This document shows positions 21,111-31,155 of a DNA stretch of 64,000 nucleotides, piece by piece. A model generated the notes under the pieces. The model worked only from the letters and a program-made list of their open reading frames with translations, was not told the origin of the DNA and did no database searches. Location: assembly GCA_035481795.1 (NCBI GenBank), contig DATHRI010000007.1:73939-137938 (forward strand). The letters are read 5' to 3'. Positions within the stretch are counted from its first letter, which is position 1, and every line of letters starts with the position of its first letter. The DNA is from Steroidobacteraceae bacterium (GTDB taxonomy: Bacteria > Pseudomonadota > Gammaproteobacteria > Steroidobacterales > Steroidobacteraceae). Both the position numbers and the translations under genes were made by a program.

Positions 21111-23143
21111 GCCTCGACGAGCTCCAGATCAATGAGACCCTCGATCGGATTGACTGCGGTGACGACGACTCTAATCGGGGCTCCGGCACGCAGCCGCCGG
21201 CCGTGTCCCCGCCCGCGCCAGCCGTGACCGTCGCTTTCCATTTCGTACACGTCGTCCGTCAGGCGATCGACATGCAGGAGTCCATCGACCGCGACCTCGA
21301 GAATCTGCACGAAACAGCCAAAATCCACCACCGTCGTAATGAGTCCGTGGAAGGTTTGGCCGATACGCTCGCGCAAGTAGGTGCACTTTAAAAAGCTCGA
21401 CACATAGCGGTCAGCCTCGTCCGCGCGCTTCTCGAGCTTGGAAGTGCTCTCGCCCAGAGCTCCCAGCTCCGACGTCTCGTAGCGCACCGCCGCGCCGCCC
21501 GCGACTGCGCCGAGCGCCTTCAGTGTGCGGTGGACGACGAGATCGGGGTAGCGTCTGATCGGTGACGTAAAGTGCGCGTAGTGCTCCAGAGCAAGGCCGA
21601 AATGGCCAATGTTCGTCGGCTGATACAGCGCCTGCGGCAGTGAGCGGATGATAAGCGACTCGACGAACGGCCGCTCGGGCGAGCGACCGAGGCGATGCGT
21701 GATGGCCTGCAGGTCGCGCGGCGCCACCGTTTTTGGAATCTGCGCCCCGATGCCGAGCGCGGTGAGCGTCGCATGCAGGCGCTCGAGCTTCTGCTCCTCG
21801 GGCTGTCCGTGGACCCGGTACAGGGTGGGCGTGCGCGTGCGCGCAAGCTCGCTCGCCACGGCCACATTGGCCATGATCATGCATTCTTCGACGAGCCGAT
21901 GCGCATCGTTCCGGGCGACGAGATCAATTGCCGTTACGTGTTCGGAGTCGATGCGGAAGCGCGCTTCGGGCGCATCGAAATCCAGTGCGCCGCGCCGGGC
22001 GCGCGCTCTGTGCAGAAGCTTATAGACGTCAACGAGGACTCGCAGGCGCTCGCGGAGCGTCCCCAATTGCGCGCACGCCGCAGGCTGTGCTTCGAACAGG
22101 GCCTTGAATGCCAGCGTGTAGGTGAGTCGCGCCGCCGAGCGCATCACCGCCTGATAAAAGCGCGCGCCTTTCAACGCGCCGTGCCGATTGATGAGCATGT
22201 CAGCCACGAAGCACAGCCGGTCTACTTTGGGCGCGAGCGAGCACAGATGATCGGACAGCGGCGTCGGCAGCATGGGCACGACGCGCGTCGGAAAATAGAC
22301 AGAAGTCCCGCGCGCGCGCGCTTCGGTGTCGAGCGCCGTCCCGGGTCGCACGTAGTAGCTGACGTCGGCAATCGCGACGATGAGACGAAACCCCTCCGCG
22401 TGCGCTTCCGCATAGACCGCATCGTCAAAGTCCTTGGCGTCCTCGCCGTCAATGGTCACGAGCGGCAGGTCGCGCAGATCGATCCGTGATCCCGCCTCCT
22501 GCGCATCCACACGGTCGCCGTGGGCATGCGCCTCGCGCAATGCAGCCGGCGTGAACGAGTTTGGCAAGTCAAAACGTGCGATTGCGGCCTCGGTGCCGAG
22601 CTCCACTGGGCGAGCCGGATCGAGGCGCTTTTCAACCACTGCCTGCGCAGGCGCGGTGGAGCTGGCGTAGCGGTGGATGCGCGCGATGACCCAGTCGCCG
22701 TTACGGGCACCGGCAAGGTCAGTCGCAGCCACGCTGCAACGCAGCTGCAGGCGCCGGTCCGCAGCGCTCACCCAGGCGCCGCGACCCTCCTGCTCGATCG
22801 TGCCCAGAAATGCCGTGACCCCGCGGTCGAGCACCGCCTGCACTTCCCCCGTCCAGCGTCCGCCGCCGTCGCCGGCCACACGCACGCGTACGCGGTCGCC
22901 ATGCAATAGGCCGCGCATTTGTGGTGGCGGCAGGAAAATGTCCTCGTTGAGGCCCAGCACTCGCAGGAAGCCGAAGCCACCGCGGTTCGCGCTGACTGTG
23001 CCTTCGACGATCTGGCCGTCGAGCGAGTTTTTGCCCCTCCTTGCCGGTCCGCCGGAGCGTTTTGCCCCGCGCGCCGACGCTGCTTTCTTGGCCGCAGCCG
23101 GCGCGCGGTCGCGGCGGCCATATTTGCCCCGTCGTGGCGTCAA
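21107..23143 (-). CDS. rnr: Ribonuclease R
   Basis: 678 aa. Basic N-terminus, cold-shock-like region (GGFGFLRV), RNB catalytic domain (IDGEDAKDFDDAV, HFGL..YAHFTSPIRRY) and an S1 domain. Confidence 0.94.
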   Translation of the reverse strand: MTPRRGKYGRRDRAPAAAKKAASARGAKRSGGPARRGKNSLDGQIVEGTVSANRGGFGFLRVLGLNEDIFLPPPQMRGLLHGDRVRVRVAGDGGGRWTGEVQAVLDRGVTAFLGTIEQEGRGAWVSAADRRLQLRCSVAATDLAGARNGDWVIARIHRYASSTAPAQAVVEKRLDPARPVELGTEAAIARFDLPNSFTPAALREAHAHGDRVDAQEAGSRIDLRDLPLVTIDGEDAKDFDDAVYAEAHAEGFRLIVAIADVSYYVRPGTALDTEARARGTSVYFPTRVVPMLPTPLSDHLCSLAPKVDRLCFVADMLINRHGALKGARFYQAVMRSAARLTYTLAFKALFEAQPAACAQLGTLRERLRVLVDVYKLLHRARARRGALDFDAPEARFRIDSEHVTAIDLVARNDAHRLVEECMIMANVAVASELARTRTPTLYRVHGQPEEQKLERLHATLTALGIGAQIPKTVAPRDLQAITHRLGRSPERPFVESLIIRSLPQALYQPTNIGHFGLALEHYAHFTSPIRRYPDLVVHRTLKALGAVAGGAAVRYETSELGALGESTSKLEKRADEADRYVSSFLKCTYLRERIGQTFHGLITTVVDFGCFVQILEVAVDGLLHVDRLTDDVYEMESDGHGWRGRGHGRRLRAGAPIRVVVTAVNPIEGLIDLELVEA

Positions 23144-23200
23144 TTGACAGCCCTCAAACCCATGCGTACATTTCGGCGCCTTCCTTGCTTCCGGCTCACC

Positions 23201-23282
<82 letters not shown>

Positions 23283-23370
23283 TTTTTTTCAATGTCTTAC
23301 GATACATTATTAATGTAATTTCTTGACGCTGATTTTGTCTGGCGAGTAACGAATCGCCGAGCTTTATTCT

Positions 23371-23460
23371 ACGCACGCTTCTGAAGCGGCGCGTGCCAAT
23401 CGCTTCAACTACCCAGGCGACTCTACTTTCACGTCGCGAACCGAGCGAGATAAGAAATCG
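23371..23460 (+). repeat. Copy 1 of a 90-nt dispersed repeat of unknown nature
   Basis: Gapless hand alignment to 30697-30786 gives 67 of 90 identical positions, including a 29-nt block with one mismatch (gcgtgccaatcgcttcaa...). Confidence 0.7.
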
Positions 23461-23860
23461 GTTCATGCCGATGCATGGCCTGGGATCGAGCTTTGCGCCG
23501 GCTGCGAGTGCCGCAGCTCAAGACTTCACCAGCTACGGCTTCGCATCGCACGCGTTCATCGATCGCGGCGTCGCTCATGCCGCGTTCGGCTTGTGCAAGG
23601 CGTAGCGCGGCGGATCAGCAGGCATTCAAGTCGCACACGGGCCACCCCCGATTGCGCAATCGCGTAGCCGGGGTCGCGCCTCATATTGTCCTAAGTGCCT
23701 GCGAGGACGTTCTGAGATAGATAGCCCGATAGCAACCGTTTGCGACCATCAACTTCGGGTCAACTTAAGCCATTGGCTGGTTGCAAAAACTCACGCGAAA
23801 CCTTGTACTGCTGCCTCGGCCCTGCCCCCGGGCGCTGGTGATTGCATGCACTAGATCTGT

Positions 23861-23877
23861 GTATTACAATGTAATAC
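23861..23877 (+). promoter_or_regulatory. Perfect palindrome abutting the antitoxin start codon (candidate TA operator)
   Basis: GTATTACA-A-TGTAATAC has 8-bp arms and ends 1 nt before ATG 23878. RHH antitoxins typically autoregulate through such inverted repeats. Confidence 0.5.
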
Positions 23878-24099
23878 ATGGCCACCATCACCCTTCGATT
23901 GCCCGATGCTCTGGACCACGCGCTCGAGCGTCAAAGTAATGCTGCTGGCGTCTCCAAGAGCGACCTAGCACGCGAAGCGCTGCGCAGATTTCTCACCGTA
24001 TCGGAGTTTCAGCGTTTGCGCGCGAGGCTCGTCCGTCGCGCTCAGGCCCAGGGCGTTCACATGGACGAAGATGTCTTCCGCTTGCTCGACCGGAAGTGA
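23878..24099 (+). CDS. Ribbon-helix-helix (CopG-like) antitoxin
   Basis: 73 aa. N-terminus MATITLRLPDALDHALE has an RHH beta-strand pattern. The stop overlaps the start of the downstream PIN gene (GTGA). Confidence 0.8.
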   Translation: MATITLRLPDALDHALERQSNAAGVSKSDLAREALRRFLTVSEFQRLRARLVRRAQAQGVHMDEDVFRLLDRK

Positions 24100-24497
24100 G
24101 GATCGTTCTGGACTCCTCCGCACTGATCGCCGCCGCGATCAGTCGAGCCGGCGTGTGCGCCGAATTGCTCGAGGATGTGCTCACGCACCATGAACTCGTG
24201 ATCTCGGACTTCATCACGCACGAACTCCGCCGCAAACTTCGCGACAAGTTTAATTTCCCGGAGAGTGAGGTCCGCCAGCTGCAGCGCTTTTTGGGCAAGG
24301 TGGCGACGGCGGTGGTCCCCGCGGACCTGTCGATGGATGTCTGCCGCGATCCGGCCGACATTCCAGTTCTCGGTACTGCCGTCGCCGGCAACGCATCGAT
24401 CCTAGTCACAGTGGACAAGAACCTCCTTACGATCCGCGAGTTTCAAGGCATTGCAATCATCAAACCGGGCGAATTCTGGCGACAGACCACGGGCTGA
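24096..24497 (+). CDS. PIN-domain toxin (putative ribonuclease)
   Basis: 133 aa. N-terminal IVLDSSALIAA with the first PIN acidic residue, plus later acidic positions (..CRDPADIPVLGTA.., TVDKNLL). Coupled to the RHH gene. Confidence 0.78.
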   Translation: MRIVLDSSALIAAAISRAGVCAELLEDVLTHHELVISDFITHELRRKLRDKFNFPESEVRQLQRFLGKVATAVVPADLSMDVCRDPADIPVLGTAVAGNASILVTVDKNLLTIREFQGIAIIKPGEFWRQTTG

Positions 24498-24676
24498 TTC
24501 GTGCCCCGGCAGCCGGTCGCCGCGACGCGCGGCAGTTCCGCGAACTGCAGGCCAATCCGTCAGCTGGCGGGCCATGACCGGGCACTGGTGGCGCTTAAAT
24601 GGCTGCCCGGAAGCGGCCGCCCGCGGCTTTAGGTAGGCTATACGCATAGCCACGAAGAGCATAAGTGTCCAACACC

Positions 24677-26577
24677 GTGCAACGCGAGAATCCCCGGACA
24701 CCTGCTCAGGGTGCAACGACGGCGATTGATGCCGCTCACATATTCGTCAGCCATGCCTCGCATGGATACGTCCATTGCGGTTGAGGTATGCAATGCGCTA
24801 GAGCGCCAGGGGCGACGCTGCTGGATCGCTCACCGAGACGTGGTGCCAGGGGAGTTGTATGCCGATGCCATCGTGCGAGCCATTGATGCCGCAAGCGCCG
24901 TGTTGCTGTTGTTGTCGCAACCTGCAGCTTCGTCGCCGCACGTGCTCAGGGAGATTGAGCGTGCCACTTCGAAACGACGGCCGGTATTGACGTTACGGAT
25001 CGACCTTGCGTCGATGCCACCCGCGCTCGAGTACTTTCTCAATGCCTCGCACTGGCTCGACGCGAGCGCTTCGGGCGTCCCCACCATTCTGCCAACGCTG
25101 GTCGACGCGGTGAACCGCCTAGGCGATCCTGCCTCCAGTACATTCAAGGCGCCGAACGCACCACGACCACAGGCTTCAGGTCCGGCATCAGTTGGTGTGG
25201 GTTCGGTGGCCCGCGCGAAATCCATCGCGGTGCTGCCATTTGCCAACATGAGTTCGGAGCCTGATCAGGAATTCTTCTCCGACGGGTTGGCCGAAGAGAT
25301 CATTAACCTGTTGACGCATACTCCCGGCCTGAAGGTGATGCGCGCACATCAGCCTTCGCCTTTCGGGGCAAGGAACAGGATATTCGTGGCATTGCGGATG
25401 CGCTCGGAGTGACTCATGTGCTCGCGGGCAGCGTGCGCCGGGCGGGCAATCGCCTGCGCATCACCGGGCAGTTGATTCATGCCGCTGATGGGACGCACCT
25501 GTGGTCGGAGCGGTACGACCGGCAAATGAGCGACATTTTTGCGATCCAGGACGAGATATCGACGGCAATCGTTGGAGCCCTGAGGATAAAGCTCTCGGAT
25601 GGGACTGGCTCAAGTCGATATACACCGAACCTTGCAGCCTATGAGGCCTACCTGAAGGCCAGGCATCTTGCACAAAAGGTCACGCCGGAGTCGCTGGAGC
25701 TGGCACGGCAAAGTTACGAACAGGCGATTCAACTTGACGCCGCTTTTGCCCTCGCTCATATCGGACTCGGATACCATTGGATATCCGTCATGATTTTCGG
25801 TCGCTGTTCCGCGCATGAGGTAGTGCCGGCGGCGCGCGCCGCAGCCCACAAAGCCCTGCAAATCGATCCCACACTTCCGGAAGCCCATGCGTTGCTGGGT
25901 CTGCTGGCAGCGATGTATGACTTTGACTGGGAGGCCGCTGAGCGCCACTTCGGCTTTCCGATGGCGAAGAGCGTAGGCTTTGTGTCTTCCGACCGAGTTA
26001 CAGCTGGTTCCAGTTCCTGTGCGGCCATGTGGAGCAGGCGATCGCGTTCGCCCGTCGCGGGATCGAGGAGGACCCGCTTGATGTATGGCCCCGGATGAAC
26101 CTGCAGGCCTATTTGCAGTCGGCGGGCCACCCGTCTGAAGCCCTCGAGCAACTGCAGAAGGTGCTTGAAATAGACGAGCACCAAGTGGTCGCCATGGTGG
26201 CCATGTCCATGATCTACGCCGACCGGGGCGATCTCGCACAGGCGCTGACGGTTGCGCGGCGGGCACATGCGCTCGCCCCATGGTATCTGGATGCGGTTGC
26301 GGTGCTTGCGGCGCTGCTACGGCGCAGCGGAGAGGGTGGGGCAGCGATGCCGCTGGAGCGGCTGCTGGATGCGGCACAGAGGATCGGCGATGCCCCGGCG
26401 CACGCGATCTTTCATCTGCTCTGCGGCCATGTGGATCAGGGGGCCGATTGGGCAGTAAAGGCCCTCGAAGAGCGTGACCTGTCGATTTCGATCTATCTCC
26501 GCTTCGTCGTGAGTAAAGACCTCAAAGCGAGCCCGCGCTGGCCGCAGATCGCGAAGCAGTTGAACCTGGAGGGATAG
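24677..26577 (+). pseudogene. Frameshifted TIR - IAVLPF module - TPR protein, a decayed paralog of 35647-37665
   Basis: Homology to the intact paralog runs through three reading frames and four frame segments. These are AAHIFVSHAS (from GTG 24677), ORF 24711-25412, ORF 25409-26098 and ORF 26029-26577. Frame switches lie near 24760, 25338 and 25990-26020. Confidence 0.8.
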
Positions 26578-26984
26578 GTTCGTCGCCAGCCGGACGATCA
26601 GCGATCCGTGGCCAGAAAGCAGTCGGTCACGATGGGCCGATCCGGATCAACACCGGCCTAACACGTCAATGACGGCAGACAATCATCGTACTCTGGGAGC
26701 CAGTGATTGCGGGTGGTACGCCGCTTCGCGTGACGACATCAGAAAGTTGGTGAAAACAATCCCAGAGTGACAAGCCGGCTCATGCGAGCCCAAGCGATGC
26801 CAAGCGATGCCACCGCAGCGCGCGATTGAGATGAGTAACTTTCCGGGCATTCTTCCTAAGCGATGTTTGCTACGAAGGCCGCGGCGAATCCCGCCGCTAC
26901 TTGGTGACCGTGCCGCTCCGGCTCTGCTTCCAATCACAGAATCGGCGGTCGGCAATCCCAAAGCTCATTCTTGCAACGTGATAT

Positions 26985-27870
26985 CTACTCCACAAATCGC
27001 CGCACGAAGCGCAGCGCTGTATCGGCAACCTCACGCCAGCCGCTGTCGACGGTAAGGGCGTGCCCGCGGTTGGCAATCTCAATGAATTCCGTCACGCCGA
27101 TATTACGCTGTTGCTCTCTGAACGACGCCCGGGCGATTGCCGTAGGAACCGTGTGATCATTCTCGCCTGAGATAACTAGGAGCGGCCCCCGCCGTGGATT
27201 TTCGATTTCGACCTTGTCTTCGGTCCAAGGATTGAGGTTCGCGGCGGCGGCTTGGAACAGGGGGGCGCCTGAGGCCGGGACAGCGAAGGTCTCGTACAGC
27301 TCCTTAGCCTCCTTCTCGCTCACCGCATTGGCAAAGCCAAATCGAAACTGATCGAAGGTGAGTGGGACGGCGCGATTGCGATTGGCCGGATTTCCCAGAA
27401 CCGGCCACGCCGACTTGAGTGATGAAAATGGAAGCGGCAGCACGCCGCGAAATGGAGCCGGATCGATGGCAACCGTCGTCGCGCCAAGTCCGCGTCCGGC
27501 GAGAATCTGCACGAGCAGGCCCCCGAAGGAATGACCGATGAGGGCGGGCTTTTTCGACAGCCCGGCGATTATTCGTTCCAAATAGTCGGCAACGGCGCCA
27601 ATTGTCTTGCGGGCAAAAAGGTCCGGGTGTGCGTTCGCTTCCGCAACCGTGTCTGGGTCATCCGGCCAACCCGGCGTTAGCGCTGTGTAGCCAGCCTCTT
27701 CGAACAGCTTTGCCCACCGATCCCAGCTACTTGGCAGCAGCCAAAGGCCGTGGACAAAAACAACCGGCTGGCGGTTCGTCCTGTTCGCGCGCTCGATCTG
27801 CTGCGTTTCGTGTTCCGTAATCGTTCTCGCGATGGTCGTCCCGCTTGTTTGCCCGTTCACGTTGAGTTCT
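26985..27870 (-). CDS. Alpha/beta hydrolase
   Basis: VVFVHGLW and nucleophile elbow GHSFGG. Start proposed at GTG 27870, preceded by GGAG. The ORF track extends to 28013. Confidence 0.8.
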
Positions 27871-28060
27871 CCTGTTGCAGGAAGCAGTCCTGACAGCAAA
27901 CAACGCCGGTGATTCCAATCCTGAGGGGTGCGCTTTGCCGGTCTTTCAAATAAGTAGCCATAACCATTCCTCGAGTAGCTCGCGGATGCGTCTGGAACGC
28001 AGAAGCCGGCCACTCTCTAAGGTTGGCGACTCCCGCTCACAAGCTCCAGCAAAGCTGGTG

Positions 28061-28519
28061 TCACTTGAGGTAGACGGTGTCGGTCGGCCCGTGTCCGGTA
28101 ATGTAAACGATTACTCGATCTGCCTTGGTTTCCGCAAAATGTGCAATACCACCCGGTTCGGTGTAGAAACTTCCGGCCGGCAGAGCCTTTTCGGCCCCAG
28201 CGCCCGCGAGTGGGCCGTAACCGAAATACCACACGCCGGAGACCACGATGGCGGTGCGATCGTCGCGGTGGGTATGAGCCTGGATCTTGGTGTTTGCCGG
28301 AACGCTCAGGCGGATTGTGTAAGGACCGTCCTGGGTTGAGTCCCCTGACATCACGGTGGTACGAATTCCGGCGACCCCCGAAGTGCCTGCGCCTGAATCG
28401 TGCGCCGGCATCGCGTCGACCTCACTCGGCGTGAGGCGCAGCTGGGGCGAGAACAGGGGCGCGGCATAGGCCACCGTGAACAGTAGACCCAGTGAAAGTG
28501 TGGCGATGCGCGCGCTCAT
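28061..28519 (-). CDS. Secreted cupin domain protein
   Basis: Signal peptide MSARIATLSLGLLFTVAYA. Cupin-like His pattern (HTHRDD....YFGYG, GIAHF). Confidence 0.7.
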   Translation of the reverse strand: MSARIATLSLGLLFTVAYAAPLFSPQLRLTPSEVDAMPAHDSGAGTSGVAGIRTTVMSGDSTQDGPYTIRLSVPANTKIQAHTHRDDRTAIVVSGVWYFGYGPLAGAGAEKALPAGSFYTEPGGIAHFAETKADRVIVYITGHGPTDTVYLK

Positions 28520-29430
28520 TTGGCCAGGAATTCCGTGACGATCTTGACCGTTGCCTGCGGATTCTCTTCCATGATCCAGTGACCGGAGTGAGGAACGATT
28601 CCGCTGCTGACATGATCCGCGACAAACCGCAACTCATCTGCCATCCCGGTGCCGAAAGACTTCTCCCCTCCTACGCCAAGCACGGGCATCGTCAGCTTCC
28701 CTCCTTGAGCCAACAGCGCCTTGTTGTCGGTGGCGTCTTGGGAAAACGCGCCGAACTGCTCAAAAGCGTCGTGCATGGCATGCGGTTTCGCGTAAAGCGC
28801 GGCATAGTGATCGCGCGTTTGCGTATCAATAGCTTTCGGATCCGCCGATAGCTCGTTGTAGAAGCGGTCGAGATAAATACGCTCCCGTCCCCGCACCAAT
28901 CGCTCTTCGTCGGGACCGCGGAAGTTGAAGTGCCACAACAAAGGGCTGCGCAGAATGCTGTCCCAATTACCAATGCCGGGTAACGGCGCATCGATGACGA
29001 CCCATCGCGCAATGCGCTGCGGAAATTGGGCCGCCAGCGCGTAGCCCACCATATTGCCGATGTCGTGGGTCACGAGATCGGCCCTTTTCACCTGCAGCGC
29101 GTCCATTACCCCGGCGATGTCCAGAGCCTGATTCTTCTTGGTGTAGCCGGAATCAGGATGCGCCGACAAACCCATGCCGCGAAGGTCAGGCACGATGACG
29201 GTGTGGTCCCTTACCAATACGGTTGCCAGCGGGGCCCACATATCCCCCGTATCCCCAAAACCGTGCAGCAGGATGACCGCCGGCCCTCGGCCGCCGACAC
29301 GCACAAAAAGACTGGTGCCGTTGGTTGCTACCATCTGCGTATGAAAAGTGACTGGAAATGCTTCGATACGCGCCAAGGCTGGCGTGGTGAGGAAAGCGGC
29401 AGCCGCGAGGGCCACCAGATGCCTAAACAT
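28516..29430 (-). CDS. Secreted alpha/beta hydrolase (epoxide hydrolase / dehalogenase-like, Asp nucleophile)
   Basis: Signal peptide, then LLHGFGD oxyanion region, THDIGN nucleophile elbow and C-terminal GHW. Overlaps the cupin gene by 4 nt. Confidence 0.82.
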   Translation of the reverse strand: MFRHLVALAAAAFLTTPALARIEAFPVTFHTQMVATNGTSLFVRVGGRGPAVILLHGFGDTGDMWAPLATVLVRDHTVIVPDLRGMGLSAHPDSGYTKKNQALDIAGVMDALQVKRADLVTHDIGNMVGYALAAQFPQRIARWVVIDAPLPGIGNWDSILRSPLLWHFNFRGPDEERLVRGRERIYLDRFYNELSADPKAIDTQTRDHYAALYAKPHAMHDAFEQFGAFSQDATDNKALLAQGGKLTMPVLGVGGEKSFGTGMADELRFVADHVSSGIVPHSGHWIMEENPQATVKIVTEFLAK

Positions 29431-29542
29431 GAACCCTCCAATACTCAGCGGTTACCGGTCTGTCGTGCTAGGCACTGTAGTTTCCAAATGGAGTTCGCGA
29501 TAGCTGATAATCAGCCGATCCAAATTTCGGAAAAAACGAACA

Positions 29543-30469
29543 ATGCTTAAGCTTGAATCCATCGCGGCATTCTCTGCTATCGCGGAGGCCGGCTCTATTA
29601 CGGGTGGCGCGCGGCGTTTAGCGTTATCGAAGTCGGTTGTCAGCGAGCGCCTCACGGAGCTAGAGCGCGTCCTGGGTACCAAACTCGTGCGCCGAACAAC
29701 GCGTAGTCTGTCGTTGACCGATGACGGCAACACATTCCATGAACGCGCCAAACAAATACTGCGAAACGTAGAAAGCGCTGCCTCTGAGCTCACTGAGCGA
29801 CGCGGTACCCTCACCGGCCCTCTACGCATCTCTGCGCCCGTGAGTTTCGGAACCCTGCACCTCGGGCAGGCATTGTTCGGCTTTCTCGCGAGGTATCCTG
29901 GAATTGAGCTCACATTGGAACTCGATGACCGATTCGTGGATATCCACGGTGAGGGCTACGACGCCATCGTGCGTCACGGTCCGGTGGACGATGACCGGAT
30001 CATCGTGAAGCGCCTCTCTGCGAGCAGACGCGTGCTAGTGGCATCCCCCGACTATCTGAAGCGCTTCGGCAATCCCACTTCGCTTCAAGATCTCGGGCAA
30101 CACCGCGGCATCATGTATGGAAATCGTGGCGCTGCGGACTGGCGCTTTCGGGTGGGCCGCAAATGGGTGATTGCGCGACCGCAGGTGGCCCTACGTGTCA
30201 ACAATGGGGTGCTCATGCGCGATGCAGCCGTTGCAGGGCTGGGGATTGCCTTGCTAGCGACTTTTTTGCTCGAGACCCCGCTAAGAAAGCAAACGCTCAA
30301 AGTTCTGGATATCGGAGCTGAGGCAGAAGGAGCAACGATCTACTTTGCTTACCCCGAACACCTCCGCTCGTCCGGGAAAATTCGGGAACTGAGTGCCTGG
30401 CTGCGGCAGTCCGTTGGCGAGCCCGCCTATTGGGACACCGACTCGAACCGCAGTAGTCCGCGAAGCTAA
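29543..30469 (+). CDS. LysR family transcriptional regulator
   Basis: N-terminal wHTH (FSAIAEAGSITGGARRLALSKSVVSERLTELE) and a LysR substrate-binding domain. Divergent from the hydrolase operon. Confidence 0.9.
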   Translation: MLKLESIAAFSAIAEAGSITGGARRLALSKSVVSERLTELERVLGTKLVRRTTRSLSLTDDGNTFHERAKQILRNVESAASELTERRGTLTGPLRISAPVSFGTLHLGQALFGFLARYPGIELTLELDDRFVDIHGEGYDAIVRHGPVDDDRIIVKRLSASRRVLVASPDYLKRFGNPTSLQDLGQHRGIMYGNRGAADWRFRVGRKWVIARPQVALRVNNGVLMRDAAVAGLGIALLATFLLETPLRKQTLKVLDIGAEAEGATIYFAYPEHLRSSGKIRELSAWLRQSVGEPAYWDTDSNRSSPRS

Positions 30470-30696
30470 TTCGCGCGTAGACGCCTGGCCTAAATGCGCG
30501 GAAATGGAACTCGTGCATTGCCCGGGACGAGGCGCAGACCCGAAGTGCCGTGCAAGACTGAGTAGCCCATTGCGATCGCTAGGGAAGGCATGGGGCTCCC
30601 TGATATCCCTCGACGCGATGGTCGGCAGCGAGGACTGAACGATGCGCCCACGCAAGCCCGCGGCATATCAACGAAGCCCACCCCAGCAACCAGTTC

Positions 30697-30786
30697 GCGC
30701 ACGCTTCCGAAGTGCCGCGTGCCAATCGCTTCAATCGCCCAAGCGACTCCCTTCTACGCTCGCGATCCGAGCACGATCAGAAACGC
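30697..30786 (+). repeat. Copy 2 of the 90-nt dispersed repeat
   Basis: See 23371-23460. Weaker similarity continues rightward in both copies (23488-23506 vs 30842-30860). Confidence 0.7.
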
Positions 30787-31155
30787 CTAATTCCGGGATT
30801 GGGGAATACCGTGAGCTTGTGGTCGGGGATTTGCCTTCGGCCAGCTTTGGCTGCCGCCGTGCTCAAAATTCCAGCTATCCCCTGATGAGTCTGGGTGGAA
30901 CGTCGCTGACCGGTCCGATTGCGGTCACTCATTGCCTAATTCACGTATCGAGTCGATGGGCGGTGGATTAGGCGAGGTCGACCGCGAGACGTTTGTGATC
31001 GACGAACCGCGTTTATGAGGGACCAAGGTTCGCTGGAGGCGGTATGGCAAAGGAGTCGCTAGCTCGGTGATGAGCCGTCGGCGAGTACAGAAGCTCGGTG
31101 CGCAGAGTGCACTTGCATGGTCGCACCAAGCTTGGCGTCGCTGGCGTTGGGGGAC

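Noticed and set aside
26791-26810. Tandem 10-nt duplication caagcgatgc x2 in the spacer after the TIR pseudogene.
   Set aside because: Only two units with no further periodicity. Most likely a slippage scar, not a CRISPR array or a functional repeat.
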